This document shows, in pieces, positions 48,573-59,297 of a stretch of 64,000 bases of DNA. The stretch is from Alphaproteobacteria bacterium (lineage in GTDB: Bacteria; Pseudomonadota; Alphaproteobacteria; MPNO01). How positions within the stretch are numbered: position 1 is the stretch's first letter; each line of letters opens with the position of its first letter. The DNA lies in contig CBDFLJ010000001.1 in NCBI GenBank assembly GCA_965248835.1, positions 960,001 to 1,024,000 of the forward strand. The letters run 5' to 3'. The notes beneath the pieces are model-generated. The model ran no database searches and was not told the DNA's origin. It worked only from the letters and a program-made list of their open reading frames with translations. A program made the translations under genes and the position numbers.

Positions 48573-48684
48573 GGGCGTGATCTCCTGGAGGCGCTATGAT
48601 CGGGCGTTTCTGGCTTGGCCCGGATTATATCGAGGCCGGGTCGGCTGTCCAGTTCGGCCCCCCTTCTGCGCGCGGAACCCGCTG

Positions 48685-49548
48685 ATGGGACTGCAGATCA
48701 ACCCGCTATCGGACGTGCTCGGCGCCGAGATCAGCGGCATCGATCTGGCGCGTGGGCTGACCGGGGAGATTTTCGAGCAGATCCTGGCCGCGTTCCACCG
48801 CCACCATGTGCTGGTGTTCCGCGATCAGTTCCTGGCGCCCGGCGACCAGGTCGCCTTCTCCGCCCGCTTCGGCCCGCTTGAGGTGCACGACAACACCCGG
48901 TTCATGCTCGACGGCCATGCCGAGATCCTGGTGCTTTCCAACGACCTCAAGGACGGCAAGCCGGTCGGCGTGCCCGACGCCGGAGATAGCTGGCACACGG
49001 ACCTGTCGTTCAAGCAACGGCCCTCGCTTTGCACGCTGCTCCAGACGGTGCGGCTGCCGGCCAGGGGCGGCGATACCGCGTTCGCGTGCATGACCGCGGC
49101 CTACGCCGCGCTGCCCGATCCGGTCAAGGCGCGGATCGCGGGCCTCCGCGGCATCCACACCATCAACAAGCTGCGCAACCCGCGGATCGCGATCTCGCCC
49201 TTGCGGCGGGACGCGGGGGATTTCTACGCCGCCCAGGGCGCGCGCTTCCCCGACCGCAGCCATCCGGTCGTGCGCATCCACCCGGTCACCGGCGAGAAAT
49301 CGCTTTACGTCCAGCCGCGCTTCACCATCGGCATCGCGGATATGGCCGATGAGGAGGCACAGCCGCTCCTGGACATGCTGTTCGCCCACCAGATCCAACC
49401 CGAGTTCGTCTACCGCAACCGCTGGCGGGAAGGCGATCTGCTGATGTGGGACAACCGCTGCGTGATCCATTTCGCCACCGGCGGCTATGCCTACCCCGAC
49501 ATCCGCACCATGCACCGCACCACGGTGCTGGGCGATGAGCCGTTCTGA
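48685..49548 (+). CDS. TauD/TfdA-family 2OG-Fe(II) dioxygenase
   Basis: GAEISGIDL, WHTD, GGDT, HPVVRIHPVTG, WDNRCVIH, MHRTT. Confidence 0.92.
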   Translation: MGLQINPLSDVLGAEISGIDLARGLTGEIFEQILAAFHRHHVLVFRDQFLAPGDQVAFSARFGPLEVHDNTRFMLDGHAEILVLSNDLKDGKPVGVPDAGDSWHTDLSFKQRPSLCTLLQTVRLPARGGDTAFACMTAAYAALPDPVKARIAGLRGIHTINKLRNPRIAISPLRRDAGDFYAAQGARFPDRSHPVVRIHPVTGEKSLYVQPRFTIGIADMADEEAQPLLDMLFAHQIQPEFVYRNRWREGDLLMWDNRCVIHFATGGYAYPDIRTMHRTTVLGDEPF

Positions 49549-49561
49549 ACCGAGACGGGCT

Positions 49562-49978
49562 TCAGCCCGGCGGGTCGCAGTCGACGGTGCCCATGTCGGC
49601 GGGGACCGAGACCTCCAGCAGGCGCAGCGAATTCGAGGTCGCGATTTCCTGGTGGCGCTCGCCGCCCGGGATCATCACCGAATCGCCGGGCGCGAGGCGG
49701 ACCTTGCGGCCATCCTCGAACTCGAGGTCGATCCAGCCCTCGAGCATGTAGACGAACTGCATCTCGCATTCGTGGTAGTGCCAGCCCGTCGGCGCGGTCA
49801 AGCCGCCTTCGGCCGAGGTGACCTGCGCCCGCATCCGGCCGCCCGTGCCGTCGGTGACCCCGAGGTCGCGGTACTTGAAGAAGGCGCGCCGGCCTTCGAC
49901 ATAGCGCGCATCGTTCTGGGTCGAGACCGCAAGAGTCATCGCGGGCGGCTTCGCCGCGGTCTTCAGCGTGCTGGCCAT
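49562..49978 (-). CDS. Cupin domain protein
   Basis: YRDLGV, TGWHYHECEMQFVYMLEGW, PGGERHQE. Confidence 0.85.
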   Translation of the reverse strand: MASTLKTAAKPPAMTLAVSTQNDARYVEGRRAFFKYRDLGVTDGTGGRMRAQVTSAEGGLTAPTGWHYHECEMQFVYMLEGWIDLEFEDGRKVRLAPGDSVMIPGGERHQEIATSNSLRLLEVSVPADMGTVDCDPPG

Positions 49979-50055
49979 CTCAAGTCTCCCCGTCGCTTCG
50001 CCCATGCCATATCGGCCGCCAAGCATATTGCGGGGCGGGCGCGACAGGCAAGGCC

Positions 50056-50913
50056 TTGAGCGATATCCCCGCCGCGCTGGCCAAAGCGGTCGGCAAGCGC
50101 GTCGCCGTCGAGGATGTCGTCACCGCCGCGCCGGTGGCGGCGATGATGGCGACCTTCGACCGGGCCGGGCCGCCGCCGGGCGCGGGCGAGGCGATCCCGG
50201 TGCTGTGGCACGGGCTCTTCTGCACCGCAGCGCTCGGGCCGGACGGCATGGCGCGCGACGAGCCGCTGCTGCCGGCGGTCCCCGGCTACCCGCGGCGGCG
50301 CTTCGGCGGCGCGCGGTTCGCATTCCCGCGCCCGATCCGGATCGGCGAGACCATCCGCCGGGTTTCGGAGATCGCGGGGGTGGAGCCAAAGACCGGCCGC
50401 GCCGGGCCGTTCCTGCGCACGCTGGTCCGCCACACGATCGAAGGTCCGAGCGGCCCGGCGACAATCGAAGAGAACGATATCCTGTTCCTGCCGCCGGCGG
50501 ACCCGCCCCGCCGAGCGGCGCCGACGGCCGCGGCCCCGGACAGCCGGCTAGGCAAGGCGGGCTTCTGGCGCACCATAGCCCCCGACCCGGTGCTGTTGTT
50601 CCGCCATTCGGCGCTGACCTTCAACGCCCACCGGATTCACTACGACCGCGGCTACGCCAAGGCCCAGGGCGAGCCCGGGCTGCTGGTCCAGGGCATTCTG
50701 ATCGCCCGGCTGATGCTCGAGACGGTCCATGCCGAACGACGCGATCGCGCGATCGCCCGGTTCTCGTTCCGCGCCGCCGCCCCGGTCCACGACACCGCTT
50801 CGTTCACCATCAACGGCGCGTTCGGCCCGGACGGATCCACCGCCGCGCTCTGGGCGGTCCGTGCCGATGGCCGCACCGCGATGACGGCCGAGATCGGCTT
50901 CGCGACCCCCTAG
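50056..50913 (+). CDS. Double hot-dog dehydratase (mesaconyl-C4-CoA hydratase/HtdZ-like)
   Basis: PRRRFGG, LFRHSALTFNAHRIHYD, PGLLVQG, FSFRA. Confidence 0.82.
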   Translation: MSDIPAALAKAVGKRVAVEDVVTAAPVAAMMATFDRAGPPPGAGEAIPVLWHGLFCTAALGPDGMARDEPLLPAVPGYPRRRFGGARFAFPRPIRIGETIRRVSEIAGVEPKTGRAGPFLRTLVRHTIEGPSGPATIEENDILFLPPADPPRRAAPTAAAPDSRLGKAGFWRTIAPDPVLLFRHSALTFNAHRIHYDRGYAKAQGEPGLLVQGILIARLMLETVHAERRDRAIARFSFRAAAPVHDTASFTINGAFGPDGSTAALWAVRADGRTAMTAEIGFATP

Positions 50914-51773
50914 GCTACCGCGGCCTGGGCCGCGCGGTCTCCGGCGGTCGCTTCCCAGGCGATCAGGGCGCGCTTGCGCGCCGTGCCCCAGCGGTAGCCG
51001 GTCTCGAAGCGGCCGGAGGCACGGATCACCCTGTGGCAGGGGATCAGCAGCGAGATCGGGTTGCTGGCCACCGCGCCGCCGACGGCGCGCCCGGAGCCCG
51101 GCCGGCCGATCGCCCGGGCGACGTCGCTATAGGTCGCAAGCCGGCCCGAGGGGATCCGCAGCAGCGCCTCCCACACCTTGATCTGGAAATTGGTGCCGCG
51201 CGCCCACAGCCACAGCGGCTGGCCGCGCGCGATCGTTCCGCTGGCCAGGGTCCGCCCGGCCGCGGCCCAGGTCGCCGCTTCGTCCTCGATCAGAGCGGCC
51301 TCGGGCCACGCGGCCTGGAGATCGGCGCGTGCGGCGCCCGCCTCGTCCGGACCGTGGAAGGAGACCCAGCAGATTCCGCGTTCCGTAAGCCCGACCAGGG
51401 CCCGGCCGAAGACGCTGTCGTGCAGCCCGTAGCGGATCCCGAGGCCCCGTCCCCGTGCACGCGCCTCGCCTGGCGTGACCGCATCGAAGGTCACGAACAG
51501 GTCGTGCAGCCGCCCAGGCCCCGAAAGCCCCGCGTCATAGGCGGCATCGAGCACCGAGTGATCCCCGCGCAGCACCGCGCGGGCGTGGTCGAGCGTCAGG
51601 TAGCGCAGGAACTGCTTGGGGCTGACGCCGGCCCAGGCGGTGAACAGCCGCTGGAGATGGTGCGGGCTGAGCCCGATACCGGCGGCGATCTCATCGAGAT
51701 CCGGCTGGTCCAGCCGGCGCTCTTCGATGAACCGGATCGCCTGCTCGATCCGGTCGTATTGGGGCTGGCTCAT
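50910..51773 (-). CDS. AraC-HTH / methylated-DNA-protein-cysteine methyltransferase (Ada-like)
   Basis: WAGVSPKQF, GRLHDLF, GTNFQIKVWEAL, IPCHRVI. Confidence 0.9.
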   Translation of the reverse strand: MSQPQYDRIEQAIRFIEERRLDQPDLDEIAAGIGLSPHHLQRLFTAWAGVSPKQFLRYLTLDHARAVLRGDHSVLDAAYDAGLSGPGRLHDLFVTFDAVTPGEARARGRGLGIRYGLHDSVFGRALVGLTERGICWVSFHGPDEAGAARADLQAAWPEAALIEDEAATWAAAGRTLASGTIARGQPLWLWARGTNFQIKVWEALLRIPSGRLATYSDVARAIGRPGSGRAVGGAVASNPISLLIPCHRVIRASGRFETGYRWGTARKRALIAWEATAGDRAAQAAVA

Positions 51774-51855
51774 CGATCGATGCTCCCGTGCGGCCTTTGT
51801 CACGCGGCGAAGATAGGCGGCCCAAAACCGCCGAGCCACCCGGATCTTGCGCCGC

Positions 51856-52350
51856 TCACCAGGCGGTCTGCGGCTGCCGGGGCTGCCGCAGGCGGGCGAG
51901 CGCGGCGCGCAACGCACAGGCGACCGCACGCCGTTCGGCCGGTGTCAGAAAGCCGCCGATCACCAACCGTTTGCCGTGCGAGACCAGGGTGAGCCGACTT
52001 TCCTGCGCCGGCGCATCGTCTAGCTCGACCCTCAACCAGTATGGCTGGAGACGCCAGGCCTCGCGCGCGCGGCCGGGGCCGACGCGCTCGACCCTCAAGC
52101 TGTCCCCGGTCAGCCGGACGGTCTCGTACATCCAGGCGCTGCGGTAGTTCGCCCGGAAGGCGATGTAGATCAGCACCGCATCGAGCCCGATGAATGCGAA
52201 CACCGGCCACGCGCCCACCGCCATGGACCCGATCCCCGCCAGGAGCCCGACCCCGGCGATCGCGGACATAAGGATAATGAACCCGGTCCTGCCGAGGCTC
52301 CGGTGGGGCGCGAGCACCGCATCGAACAGGAGATCGCTGCCATCCTCCAT
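51856..52350 (-). CDS. DUF2244 family membrane protein
   Basis: FDAVLAPHRSL, GAWPV..F.GLD, AFRANY, PYWLRV, IGGFL; divergent from nth. Confidence 0.85.
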   Translation of the reverse strand: MEDGSDLLFDAVLAPHRSLGRTGFIILMSAIAGVGLLAGIGSMAVGAWPVFAFIGLDAVLIYIAFRANYRSAWMYETVRLTGDSLRVERVGPGRAREAWRLQPYWLRVELDDAPAQESRLTLVSHGKRLVIGGFLTPAERRAVACALRAALARLRQPRQPQTAW

Positions 52351-52446
52351 GGTGCGATCATAGACCTGTTCCAATCGGACGGCATCGGGCGAGAGTAGCG
52401 GGCGCGCCCTATCGCCAAGCGGGGCCGCGCCCGCTACTCTCGCCCG

Positions 52447-53091
52447 ATGCCCAGGCCGATGAAGCTCGCCCAGGTCGAGGCGTTCTACAGCCGGCTCGCC
52501 GCGACCAACCCGGCGCCCGAGGGCGAGCTGTCCTACATCAACCCCTATACGCTGCTGGTCGCGGTCGTCCTGTCGGCACAGGCGACCGATGTCGGGGTCA
52601 ACAAGGCGACCGGACCGCTGTTCGCCGCCGCCGACACGCCGGAGAAGATGGTGGCGCTCGGCGAGGCCAGGGTGCGCGAATACATCCGCACCATCGGGCT
52701 CTACCGCAACAAGGCGAAAAACGTCATCGCGCTCTCCCGCAAGCTGCTGGCCGAGCACGGCGGGACGGTGCCCAACGACCGCGACGCGCTTGTCAGCCTG
52801 CCGGGTGTTGGCCGCAAGACCGCGAACGTCGTGCTCAACATCGCCTTCGGCGCGCCCACGATTGCCGTCGATACCCACATCTTCCGGGTGTCGAACCGCA
52901 CCGGGCTCGCGCCGGGCAAGGATGTCCGCGCCGTCGAGGACGCGCTGGTCCGCCGCACGCCCGCGCGCTGGGCCCAGCACGCCCATCACTGGCTGATCCT
53001 GCACGGCCGCTATGTCTGCAAGGCACGCAAGCCAGACTGCCCGGCTTGCGTGGTGGCCGATCTCTGCCGCTACGCGGCCAAGACCGTGTGA
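52447..53091 (+). CDS. nth: Endonuclease III
   Basis: LSAQATD, LPGVGRKTANV, AVDTH, CKARKPDCPACVVADLC Fe-S motif. Confidence 0.96.
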   Translation: MPRPMKLAQVEAFYSRLAATNPAPEGELSYINPYTLLVAVVLSAQATDVGVNKATGPLFAAADTPEKMVALGEARVREYIRTIGLYRNKAKNVIALSRKLLAEHGGTVPNDRDALVSLPGVGRKTANVVLNIAFGAPTIAVDTHIFRVSNRTGLAPGKDVRAVEDALVRRTPARWAQHAHHWLILHGRYVCKARKPDCPACVVADLCRYAAKTV

Positions 53092-53152
53092 GCGTCCGGA
53101 GCAGGTCCCGAACAAGCCGGATCGGCCCGGCTCGATCGGATCGGAACAGGCG

Positions 53153-53650
53153 CTAACCGGTGGACGGCGCGGTGCGGGCGACCAGAAGCGCGCGCAGGCA
53201 TCGGCGTGTCGAGGTGGCTTGCAGGTCGCCGGCGCGCGCTTCGACGTGGCGAACCCGGAACGACGGCGCGGGCGCGCCCGCCTTGGCATAGAGGAACAGG
53301 TCGAGCACGCAATTCGCGTGGCGGTAGCGCCACATCCGGGCCGGGTCGTCGCGGCGCACGAAGCCGGGCTTGCCCAGGAGCGCCCGCAGCGCTTTCCGGT
53401 CGAGGCCGAGAAGCCGGCCGGGGTCGTCATCGATCGGCTGAACAAACGCGGCGGCCGCTGAGCCGTCCGCCGGCGGTCCGTCCACCGCGTTCGTCGCGGC
53501 AAGCTTCGGGCTCGGCGCGACGGTGCCGATCGGCGGGTCGGGGAACGCCGCATCCTGCGACGGCAAGAGCAAGCAAGAAGTCAGGAGCAGCGCGCAGACG
53601 ACAACCGGTACGGCCGCGGCGCACCCGGGGAACGGAGACCGAGACGCCAA
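53153..53650 (-). CDS. Hypothetical (lipo)protein
   Basis: LLTSC lipobox-like; LLGKPGFVRRD...WRY...CVLDLFLY. Confidence 0.65.
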   Translation of the reverse strand: MASRSPFPGCAAAVPVVVCALLLTSCLLLPSQDAAFPDPPIGTVAPSPKLAATNAVDGPPADGSAAAAFVQPIDDDPGRLLGLDRKALRALLGKPGFVRRDDPARMWRYRHANCVLDLFLYAKAGAPAPSFRVRHVEARAGDLQATSTRRCLRALLVARTAPSTG

Positions 53651-53701
53651 GCCCCTATACCGGCGCGCGTTGGAAGGGTGCGGAAACTCGAGTAAAGCCG
53701 G

Positions 53702-54304
53702 CTATTCGGCCGGTGTCTGGGCGGTGTGGATCGGCAAGGGCTCGCGCGCTTCCACGGGGAGACAGACCTGGACGTCGCCGATGATCTGGCCGCCCCGCTC
53801 GACTTCGATCTCGCCGAACCGAATCGTGCCGGTGATCCGCCCCGACGCGCGCACGATCAGCAGCTTACGCACCGTCAGCGAGCCTTCGAAAGTACCGCTG
53901 ATGTCGGCCGTATCGATTTCGGCTTCGCCCTTGAACGTCCCGGTCTCGGCGATCTCGATCTCGCCGCAGTCGATCATGTTGGCCTCGACCCAGCCTCCGA
54001 CGACCAACTTGTCGCAAGATTTGATCTGGCCGTCGAGCACGATCTCGGGGCCGACGATGAGCTTCTTGCTCTCGTTGTCGAGGCGGCCGACGGGCCGGCC
54101 CGTCGCGCTGTGGATGTCCGGCGGACGGCGGACCGGTTCCGGGCGGGCCACCGACGCGGGCACCGGCGGCGAGATCGGCGTGCGTTCGCGGGTCCGCGAT
54201 CTCAGCGAAAGCGAAGCGGAGGCGTCTTCCTCCGGCGGTTCGGGCTGTTCCAGATCCGCGTCCATCTTTGCCTCCTCGATGTCGTCTTTCTTGCGACCGA
54301 ACAT
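53702..54304 (-). CDS. Bactofilin (polymer-forming cytoskeletal protein)
   Basis: MFGRKK; Pro-rich linker; LIVGPEIVLDGQIKSCDKLVVGG beta-helix. Confidence 0.88.
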   Translation of the reverse strand: MFGRKKDDIEEAKMDADLEQPEPPEEDASASLSLRSRTRERTPISPPVPASVARPEPVRRPPDIHSATGRPVGRLDNESKKLIVGPEIVLDGQIKSCDKLVVGGWVEANMIDCGEIEIAETGTFKGEAEIDTADISGTFEGSLTVRKLLIVRASGRITGTIRFGEIEVERGGQIIGDVQVCLPVEAREPLPIHTAQTPAE

Positions 54305-54377
54305 TTCCGATGTCCCCCCGTCTTTACCCGATGGCACGCTCAGATTGTCAGGTGCTGTTTCCGGCTGCATCGCGACA

Positions 54378-55049
54378 TCAGGCAGGCACGGCGCGCCGTC
54401 CGATCCGTTCTATTTCGTGAACCATGAAGGCGGTCGCAATCATAGGCATCAGCCAGTTGATGACCGGGATGCTCAGCAACAAGGTGATCAGCACGCCCGC
54501 GAAAAACATACGCCAGCGAAATTGCCTGCGCAACGCACTCGCTGCGGCGGCATCCATCCGCCGCAGCGCCACCAGCTCGAAATACTCTCTGCCCAGAAGA
54601 TAACCGTTCAACCCGAAGAAAACAAAGAGATTTATTCCGGGTATAAGATAGAGCGGCAGGACCAGCAGGTTGAGGACGACCGCGATTCCGGCGAGCCTTG
54701 CGGCAGAGGCGAGCGCGGTCGCGAGGCCGGCCCCTGCGGCAGGCGGCTTTTCCGGATAATGGCGTGCATCGACCGCATCGGCGATCTCCTCCAGGAACAG
54801 ACCGACGACGATTGTCGCCACCGCCGGGAACAGCAGAATCGAAACCACGATTGCGCCCGCCCCGCCGACCCCCCGGACGATCCAGTCGAGCCAGCCGATG
54901 TCGAACAGCGCAAGCGTGCCCAGCAGCCACCCGAGGATTGCCACCAGCGCGCAGAACAGCGCGGCCGAGATCGCGATGCTCTTCAGCGCGACGGCGCGGA
55001 AGGTCGGATCGAAGGCCTGTTCAAGCGCCTTGGAGAGTCCGCCAAGCAT
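54378..55049 (-). CDS. EI24/CysZ-like membrane protein
   Basis: GLFLEEIADAVD..HYP, NGYLLGREYFELVA, IPVIN. Confidence 0.85.
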   Translation of the reverse strand: MLGGLSKALEQAFDPTFRAVALKSIAISAALFCALVAILGWLLGTLALFDIGWLDWIVRGVGGAGAIVVSILLFPAVATIVVGLFLEEIADAVDARHYPEKPPAAGAGLATALASAARLAGIAVVLNLLVLPLYLIPGINLFVFFGLNGYLLGREYFELVALRRMDAAAASALRRQFRWRMFFAGVLITLLLSIPVINWLMPMIATAFMVHEIERIGRRAVPA

Positions 55050-55144
55050 GTCTATTGTCCCGGCTCCGCGCGTGGACCCCGTTCGGCGCAGCAGTACACC
55101 GCGCCGCTCCAGCGCCCAGGATAGCCCTTCCCCGGAGAATGCCC

Positions 55145-56149
55145 ATGGCCGAGACCCATACCGAGTCCGATGCCCCCTTCGACGTGGTCGGACTCGGCAA
55201 TGCGATCGTCGATGTGCTCTCGCAGACCGACGACGCGACGCTGGCCGGCCTCGGCCTCCGCAAGGGCGCGATGACCCTGATCGACCAAGACCAGGCGCGC
55301 GAGCTCTACGAGCGGATGGGGCCGGGGATCGAGATCTCCGGCGGATCGGCCGCCAACACGCTTGCCGGCGTCGCATCGCTGGGCGGTGCGGGCGCCTATA
55401 TCGGCAAGGTGCGCGACGATACGCTGGGCGATGTGTTTCGCCACGATATCCGCGCGGCCGGCGTCGCCTACCGCACCCGGCCGGCGAGCGCCGGGCCGCA
55501 GACCGCGCGCTGCCTGATCTTCGTTACGCCCGATGCCCAGCGCACCATGCAGACCTTCCTCGGCATCTCGACGGAGTTGGGACCCGATGACGTCGACCCG
55601 GAGCTGATCGGCACCGCGCAGATCACCTATCTCGAAGGCTACCTGTTCGACAGGGAACCGGCCAAGGAAGCCTTCGTGAAGGCGGCCGAACTCGCCCATT
55701 TCGCCAACCGCAAGGTCGCGCTGTCGCTTTCGGACGCGTTCTGCGTCGAGCGCCACCGCGCCGCGTTCCGCCATCTCGTGGCCGGCCATATCGACATCCT
55801 GTTCGCCAACGAGTCCGAGATCACCGCGCTCTACGAGGTCGCAGACTTCGACGAGGCTTGCCGGCTGGTCGGCCGCGACTGCGCCTTCGCGGCCGTGACC
55901 AGGGGTGCGGACGGATCGGCGGTCGTCAGCGAGGGCGCGGTCACGCCGATCGCGGCGGCGGCGGCCGCGCAGGTGGTCGACACCACCGGTGCCGGCGATC
56001 TCTACGCCGCCGGCGTGCTCTACGGGCTGGCGCACGGGTTCGAGCCGGCGGAATGCGGCCGGATCGGTGCGGTCGCCGCGGCGGAGATCATCAGCCATTA
56101 CGGCGCCCGTCCGGAGTCCAGGCTCGCCGATCTGGTCGGCCTGGCGTAA
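55145..56149 (+). CDS. PfkB-family carbohydrate/adenosine kinase
   Basis: GNAIVDV, SGGSAANT, YLEGYL, FANESE, DTTGAGD. Confidence 0.92.
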   Translation: MAETHTESDAPFDVVGLGNAIVDVLSQTDDATLAGLGLRKGAMTLIDQDQARELYERMGPGIEISGGSAANTLAGVASLGGAGAYIGKVRDDTLGDVFRHDIRAAGVAYRTRPASAGPQTARCLIFVTPDAQRTMQTFLGISTELGPDDVDPELIGTAQITYLEGYLFDREPAKEAFVKAAELAHFANRKVALSLSDAFCVERHRAAFRHLVAGHIDILFANESEITALYEVADFDEACRLVGRDCAFAAVTRGADGSAVVSEGAVTPIAAAAAAQVVDTTGAGDLYAAGVLYGLAHGFEPAECGRIGAVAAAEIISHYGARPESRLADLVGLA

Positions 56150-56179
56150 CACCCCTGGGCGACCGCGCGGGGATCAGCC

Positions 56180-58006
56180 ATGAGCGTGCGCAACATCGCC
56201 ATCATCGCCCATGTCGATCACGGCAAGACGACGCTGGTCGACGCGCTCCTGCGGGCGACCGGGGCGGTGCGGGCGAACCAGCGCATCGCCGAACGCGCGC
56301 TTGATTCGGGCGACCAGGAGCGCGAGCGGGGCATCACGATCCTTGCCAAATGCACCTCGGTGATCTGGCGGGGCACCAGGATCAACATCGTCGACACGCC
56401 GGGTCACGCCGACTTCGGCGGCGAGGTCGAGCGCATCCTGTCGATGGTCGACGGCGCGCTGCTGCTGGTCGATGCCGCCGAGGGTCCGATGCCCCAGACC
56501 AAGTTCGTCCTCACCAAGGCGCTGGCGCGCGGCTTGGCGCCGATCGTCGTGATCAACAAAATCGATCGCCACGATGCGCGGCCCTACGAGGTGGTCGAGG
56601 CGGTCTTCGACCTGTTCGCGGCTCTGGGCGCGAGCGAGACGCAGCTCGATTTCCCGACGCTATACGCGTCGGCGAAGGAGGGATGGTCGGCGACGGAGCT
56701 CGACCACAAGCGGGATTCGATGGCACCGCTCCTCGATGCCATCCTCGCCGAGGTAGGTGCCCCGGACGGCGATCGCGAAGGCCCGTTCGCGATGCTGGCG
56801 AGCATCCTGGAATACGATTCCTATCTTGGGCGGGTCCTGACCGGGCGGATCGCGCGCGGCGCGGCACAAACCAACATGCAGGTCACCGTCCTCGACCGGA
56901 ACGGCAAGACGATCGAGTCGGCCCGGATGACCAAGCTGCTGGCGTTTCGCGGACTGGCCCGCGAGTCGGTCGGGCGCGCCGAGGCCGGCGATATCGTCGC
57001 GGTGGCCGGGCTCAAGGTCGCATCGGTCGCCGATACCATCGCCGATCCCTCGGTCAGCGCACCGCTCGAAGCCGCGCCGGTCGATCCCCCGACGCTGGCG
57101 ATGCGATTCTCGGTTAACGATTCGCCGCTTGCCGGCCGCGACGGCGACAAGCTCACATCGCGGGTGCTGCGCGCGCGGCTGTTCCGCGAGGCCGAGGGCA
57201 ACGTCGCCATCGACGTGCGCCCGACCGGGAACGACGATGCGCTGGAGGTCCGCGGGCGGGGCGAACTGCAGCTCGGCGTGCTGATCGAGACCCTGCGCCG
57301 GGAGGGTTACGAGATGTCGGTTTCCCGCCCGCGCGTGCTGTTCCGGACCGATCCCGACACCGGCACCCTGCTGGAGCCGCTGGAGGAGGTGATCATCGAT
57401 GTCGACGAAGAATTCGTCGGCGGCGTGGTCGAGGCGCTGGGCCTGCGCCGGGGCGAGCTGACCGACATGCAGCCCTCCGGCGGCGGCAAGCTGCGCATCG
57501 GCTTCATCGCGCCTTCGCGCGGGCTGATCGGCTTCAACGGCGTGCTGATGAACGACACCCGCGGCACCGCGATCATGAACCGCCTGTTCCACGGTTACGG
57601 ACCCCATCGCGGTCCGATCAAGGAACGGCGCGCCGGGGCCCTGATCTCCACCGGCGATGGCGAAGCGGTGCCCTATGCCCTGTTCAACCTCGAAGACCGT
57701 GGGGTGATGTTCATCGCCCCCGGCGCCAAGGTCTATCGCGGGATGGTCATCGGAGAGCACACGCGCGGCAACGACCTGGAGGTCAATCCGCTGAAGACCA
57801 AGCAGCTCACCAACTTCCGGGCCGCCGGAAAGGACGATGCGGTGCGGCTCAGCCCGCCGCGGCCGATGCGGCTGGAAGAGGCGATCGCCTATATCGGTGA
57901 TGACGAGCTGGTCGAGGTGACACCCGGCACCATCCGTCTGCGCAAGGCCCTGCTGGATTCGCACGCGCGCAAGCGGGCCCAGCGGGCCGCCCTGCCAGCA
58001 CCTTGA
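56180..58006 (+). CDS. typA: Translational GTPase TypA/BipA
   Basis: [40 protein letters not shown]. Confidence 0.96.
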   Translation: MSVRNIAIIAHVDHGKTTLVDALLRATGAVRANQRIAERALDSGDQERERGITILAKCTSVIWRGTRINIVDTPGHADFGGEVERILSMVDGALLLVDAAEGPMPQTKFVLTKALARGLAPIVVINKIDRHDARPYEVVEAVFDLFAALGASETQLDFPTLYASAKEGWSATELDHKRDSMAPLLDAILAEVGAPDGDREGPFAMLASILEYDSYLGRVLTGRIARGAAQTNMQVTVLDRNGKTIESARMTKLLAFRGLARESVGRAEAGDIVAVAGLKVASVADTIADPSVSAPLEAAPVDPPTLAMRFSVNDSPLAGRDGDKLTSRVLRARLFREAEGNVAIDVRPTGNDDALEVRGRGELQLGVLIETLRREGYEMSVSRPRVLFRTDPDTGTLLEPLEEVIIDVDEEFVGGVVEALGLRRGELTDMQPSGGGKLRIGFIAPSRGLIGFNGVLMNDTRGTAIMNRLFHGYGPHRGPIKERRAGALISTGDGEAVPYALFNLEDRGVMFIAPGAKVYRGMVIGEHTRGNDLEVNPLKTKQLTNFRAAGKDDAVRLSPPRPMRLEEAIAYIGDDELVEVTPGTIRLRKALLDSHARKRAQRAALPAP

Positions 58007-58025
58007 GGCGGCCGCGCGGGCGGCG

Positions 58026-59297
58026 ATGACCATGGGCTCGATCGCAGCCGGGCTCGTCGTCTACCGCGACCGCCGCTTTGCGGCCATCTTCGGTCTCGGT
58101 CTCGCCAGCGGCCTGCCCAGCTCGCTGGTCTTCGCGACGCTGTCGATCTGGCTGCGCGAGGAGGGGCTGAGCCGCACGACGATCGGGCTGTTCGGCGCGG
58201 TGGCGACGCCGTATGCGATCAACTTCCTGTGGGCGCCGCTGCTCGACCACGCGCGGATCCCCTGGCTCGGCGCGCGGCTCGGCCGGCGGCGGTCGTGGAT
58301 CGTGCTCGCCCAGGCGCTCCTGGTGCTTGCCATCGGGGCGATGGCCCTGGGCGATCCGGCGCGCAGCCCGCTGCTTCTGGCCGGCGCCGCGGTGGCCGTC
58401 GCCCTGGTCTCGGCGACCCAGGACGTCGCGGTCGATGCCTACCGGATCGAGATCCTGGAGCCCAGGACCTATGGCGCCGGCGCCGCGGTCGCGGTGCTGG
58501 GCTGGCACATCGGCGCCTTCGCATCCGGTGCGGGCGTGCTCTACCTCGCCGCGGCAACGTCCTGGCAGACCGCCTATGCCGGTACTTGCGTCCTCATCGT
58601 GCTGTTGATGGCCGTCCCCCTGCTCGCCCGCGAGCCCGGGCGCGGTCCCGCCGGCCCGACCTCCCGGCCGACCGGGGCGTGGCTGCGCCATGCCGTCGTC
58701 GCGCCGTTGGTCGAGTTCTTCACCAGGCTGGGCCGGCTCGCGCTGGTGGTCATCGGCTTCATCATTCTGTTCAAGTTCGGCGATGCGATGCTCGGGCGGA
58801 TGGCCGGGGTGTTCTATGTCGATCTCGCCTTCACCAAGGTCGAGATCGCCAACTATTCGAAATCGGTCGGGCTGGCAGCGACATTGCTCGGCGTGTTCGC
58901 CGGCGGCGTGCTGTGCGCCCGGGTGAGCATCATCACCGCGCTGCTCGCCAGCGGTATCGTGATGACGGCGACCAATCTTCTGTTCGCGCTGCTCGCCTGG
59001 GCCGGCAGGGACCTCGGTTTGCTGGCGGCGGCGGTGTTCTTCGACAACTTTACCGCCGGGATGGCGACCAGCGCCTTCGTCGCCTATCTGTCATCGCTGT
59101 GCAACCGGGATTTCACCGCCACGCAGTACGCGTTGCTCGCCTCGATCGGCAATTTCGCCCGTATCCAGCTCGGCGCTCTCGCCGGCTGGTCGGTCGACCG
59201 TCTGGGCGGAGATTGGGTAATGTTCTTCATCATGACGGCGCTCGCGGCCCTGCCGGGGCTGGCGCTTCTGGTGGTCTTGATGAGGGATCGACGATGA
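58026..59297 (+). CDS. ampG: AmpG muropeptide MFS transporter
   Basis: SGLP, FLWAPL.D, GRRRSW, SATQDVAVDAYRIE, TATQYAL. Confidence 0.92.
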   Translation: MTMGSIAAGLVVYRDRRFAAIFGLGLASGLPSSLVFATLSIWLREEGLSRTTIGLFGAVATPYAINFLWAPLLDHARIPWLGARLGRRRSWIVLAQALLVLAIGAMALGDPARSPLLLAGAAVAVALVSATQDVAVDAYRIEILEPRTYGAGAAVAVLGWHIGAFASGAGVLYLAAATSWQTAYAGTCVLIVLLMAVPLLAREPGRGPAGPTSRPTGAWLRHAVVAPLVEFFTRLGRLALVVIGFIILFKFGDAMLGRMAGVFYVDLAFTKVEIANYSKSVGLAATLLGVFAGGVLCARVSIITALLASGIVMTATNLLFALLAWAGRDLGLLAAAVFFDNFTAGMATSAFVAYLSSLCNRDFTATQYALLASIGNFARIQLGALAGWSVDRLGGDWVMFFIMTALAALPGLALLVVLMRDRR